A DNA stretch of 64,000 nucleotides from Yuukianura sp. NJ FZ-2021 (taxonomy: Eukaryota). Below are positions 61,815 through 64,000 of this stretch, one piece after another. The position numbers were made by a program, and so were the translations under genes. Positions within the stretch are counted from its first letter, which is position 1, and the number at the start of each line of letters is the position of its first letter. The notes beneath the pieces were generated by a model that searched no databases, was not told where the DNA came from, and saw only the letters and a list, made by a program, of their open reading frames with translations. Location: the NCBI GenBank assembly GCA_046563655.1, contig CM102290.1:14446001-14510000 (forward strand), given 5' to 3'.

Positions 61815-64000
61815 CTTTGAAAATTTCATGTTTCAACTTTATATTTTCAGAATTTCAGTTTGAAGCTTTTGCACAACTTGACTGCTCCAAACTGAAATTT
61901 TGAATCGCATAATTTCACTTTGAAGCACAGAAAGTTATAGAAATTTTCATTATTTCCGTTTGGAGCAGTGAAGTTGTGCAAAAAAAAAGTTTCCAAATTT
62001 CATGTTTCAATCTTAGTATTTTTAGAATTTCAGTTTGAAGCTTTTGAATAACTTGACTGCTCCAAGCTGAAATTTTGCAACTTTTCTTTTACTGCTTCAA
62101 ACAGAAATTCTGAAAATATTTTTGCATAATTTCAGTTTGAAGCAGTGAAGTTGTGCAAAAAGTCTCCTGGAATCATTTTTTTTCTGCACGACTTGACTGC
62201 TTCAATTTCAATTATGAATTTTATAATTTCAATTTGACACACAGAATTGTACATGAATTTTCATAATTTCGAATTGAAGTAATGAAGTTGCGAAAATTTT
62301 TTAGTAATTTCTAGAAACTTTTCGTATAGCTTCACTGCTTGAAACCGAAATTATGAATTTGATAATTTCTGGTTGAAGTATAGAAATTGTAGGAGAAATA
62401 GATTCATAATTTCGGTTTAGAGCAGTGAAGTTGTGCAGAATTTTTCATAATTTTAGGAAACTTTATGCATAGCTTTACTGCTTCAAACCGAAATTATAAA
62501 AATTTGTGTCCCATTGCTGTGTGTCCAATTGAAATTATGAAATTCGCAACTCAAATTGAAGCAGTCCAGTTATGCAAGCAAATTAATAATTTCGGGAAAC
62601 TTTTTGCACAACTTCACTGCTTCAAACTGAAATTATGCAAAAAATATTTTCAGAATTTAGGCAGTAATATGTGCAAAAGAAAGGTTTCAAGATTTCAGTT
62701 TGAAGCGGCAAATTTGTGCAAACGCTACAAACTAAAATTTTGAAAATATTTTGAAATACTTTCATTTTGAAGTAATAAAGTTTTAAAAAGTTTAAACATT
62801 CTGAAATTATTCATAATTCCGGGAAACTTTATGTACAACTTCACTGCTCCAAACCGAAATCATGCAAATATTTCTCCTACAATCTCTATGCTTCAAACAG
62901 AACTTATGAAATTCATAATATCGGTTTGAAGCAGTGAAGCTAGACAAAAAGTTTACTGAAATTATTGAACTTTTTGCACAACTTCATTACTTCAAACGGA
63001 AATTATGACAATTCATGTACGATTTCAAAAGTGCTGCTTAAAACGGAGATTTTGAAACTTTTCTTTTGTACAGAATTGCTGCTTCAAACCGAAATTCTGA
63101 AAATATTTTGCCATAATTCCTGTTTGAAGCAGTGAAGCTTTGCAAAAAGTTTCCCGGAATTATGAAAAGTTTTGCACAACTTCGCTGCTCCAAACTGAAA
63201 TTAGAATTTCTAGGTTATGGTATTTTGGATTGAATAAGTAACTAACCTAACATTAATTTTAAATAATATAATAATAACATAATAATAATAATAAAACTGA
63301 ATTTTATGCTTCCAAGTCTAATTCAATGTTAGGACAAATCGCATCTGCAGTTTAGTCTCCAAAGACTTATTTTATAACAAAAAAAGGCATTACTGGAGTT
63401 CAGGTTTTGCAAAAAAGAAAAAGTTTCTCTCAAGCTCACTTTTTCATAAAGAGTGGACTTTTATATAAAATTTCAGAGTATTCCATGTTAAAAACATTGC
63501 TGCTTTTTAGAAATTCACTTTTTTTGAAAAATTGAACACATTTTGAGCGCCAAGGTCAAGCTTGTGGTGAATGGCCAAGGTCACAGGTGAGATTAGCTAA
63601 GGTCAAGTCGGAGTATTCAGTCATTTTCAGTTTCAAAATAGATTTAAATTAGTTTTAAGCAATAATTATCTTATAATGATTATTTTAGATTAATTATTTT
63701 ATATTAATTAAGGAGGGTATAGTAAGGTAAACACCTACAAACACAAATTTAACCTAATTTTCAACACACAAAAGTTTAGTTGGCTTTGAAGTTGTGCAAA
63801 AGTGAGAGAAAAATTGATTTCACCAACTCTTCTTTTTGCAAAATTTTAAAATTTCGAAAATTGGTAAACATTTTTAATTTTAATTTGATTTCAGAAGAAG
63901 AGTTTACTAACTTTTCAGTTTTCTGCCAAAGCGGTTCGCTCAATTTGAGATTTAACTTGGTTTGTTTTAAAAAAGGAACGTTTGCTTTAACTTTCAGTTG
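61815..64000. repeat. Intronic module array plus an inverted copy of block A; continues past the window edge
   Basis: 62994-64000 is the reverse complement of 58646-59640 (e.g. caactgaaagttaaagcaaacgttcctttttt at 58646 versus the window end). Confidence 0.9.

Overview
Gene-dense, AT-rich eukaryotic (invertebrate, probably arthropod) DNA with mostly 60-100 nt GT-AG introns. No prokaryotic systems, CRISPR arrays or RNA genes were seen. Gene order: 5' end of an unidentified minus-strand gene; NXT1 (+); BTBD10/KCTD20-like (+); a 1.66-kb foldback element enclosing a 176-bp satellite; HIPK (+) followed by ~5 kb without genes (probable 3' UTR); MTMR6/7/8-like phosphatase with a C-terminal FYVE-like domain (+); UBE2K (-); PRPS (+); an intron-containing AtuA/DUF1446 gene (-); JIP3/4 (sunday driver) (+); 3' exons of a tetraspanin (-) between long inverted repeats. 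The most notable signals are in splicing and repeat architecture. HIPK has an unrecognised in-frame 951-nt Pro/Asn-repeat exon and a candidate acidic alternative last exon. PRPS has candidate 3-nt and 24-nt microexons in its flexible loop. JIP3 has duplicated last exons. A repeat overlaps the tetraspanin stop codon and polyA signal. Many introns show ~10-bp periodic A/T tracts or AGGTCA direct repeats. Exon coordinates were read by eye and may be off by a few nt; all isoforms are predictions without transcript data.
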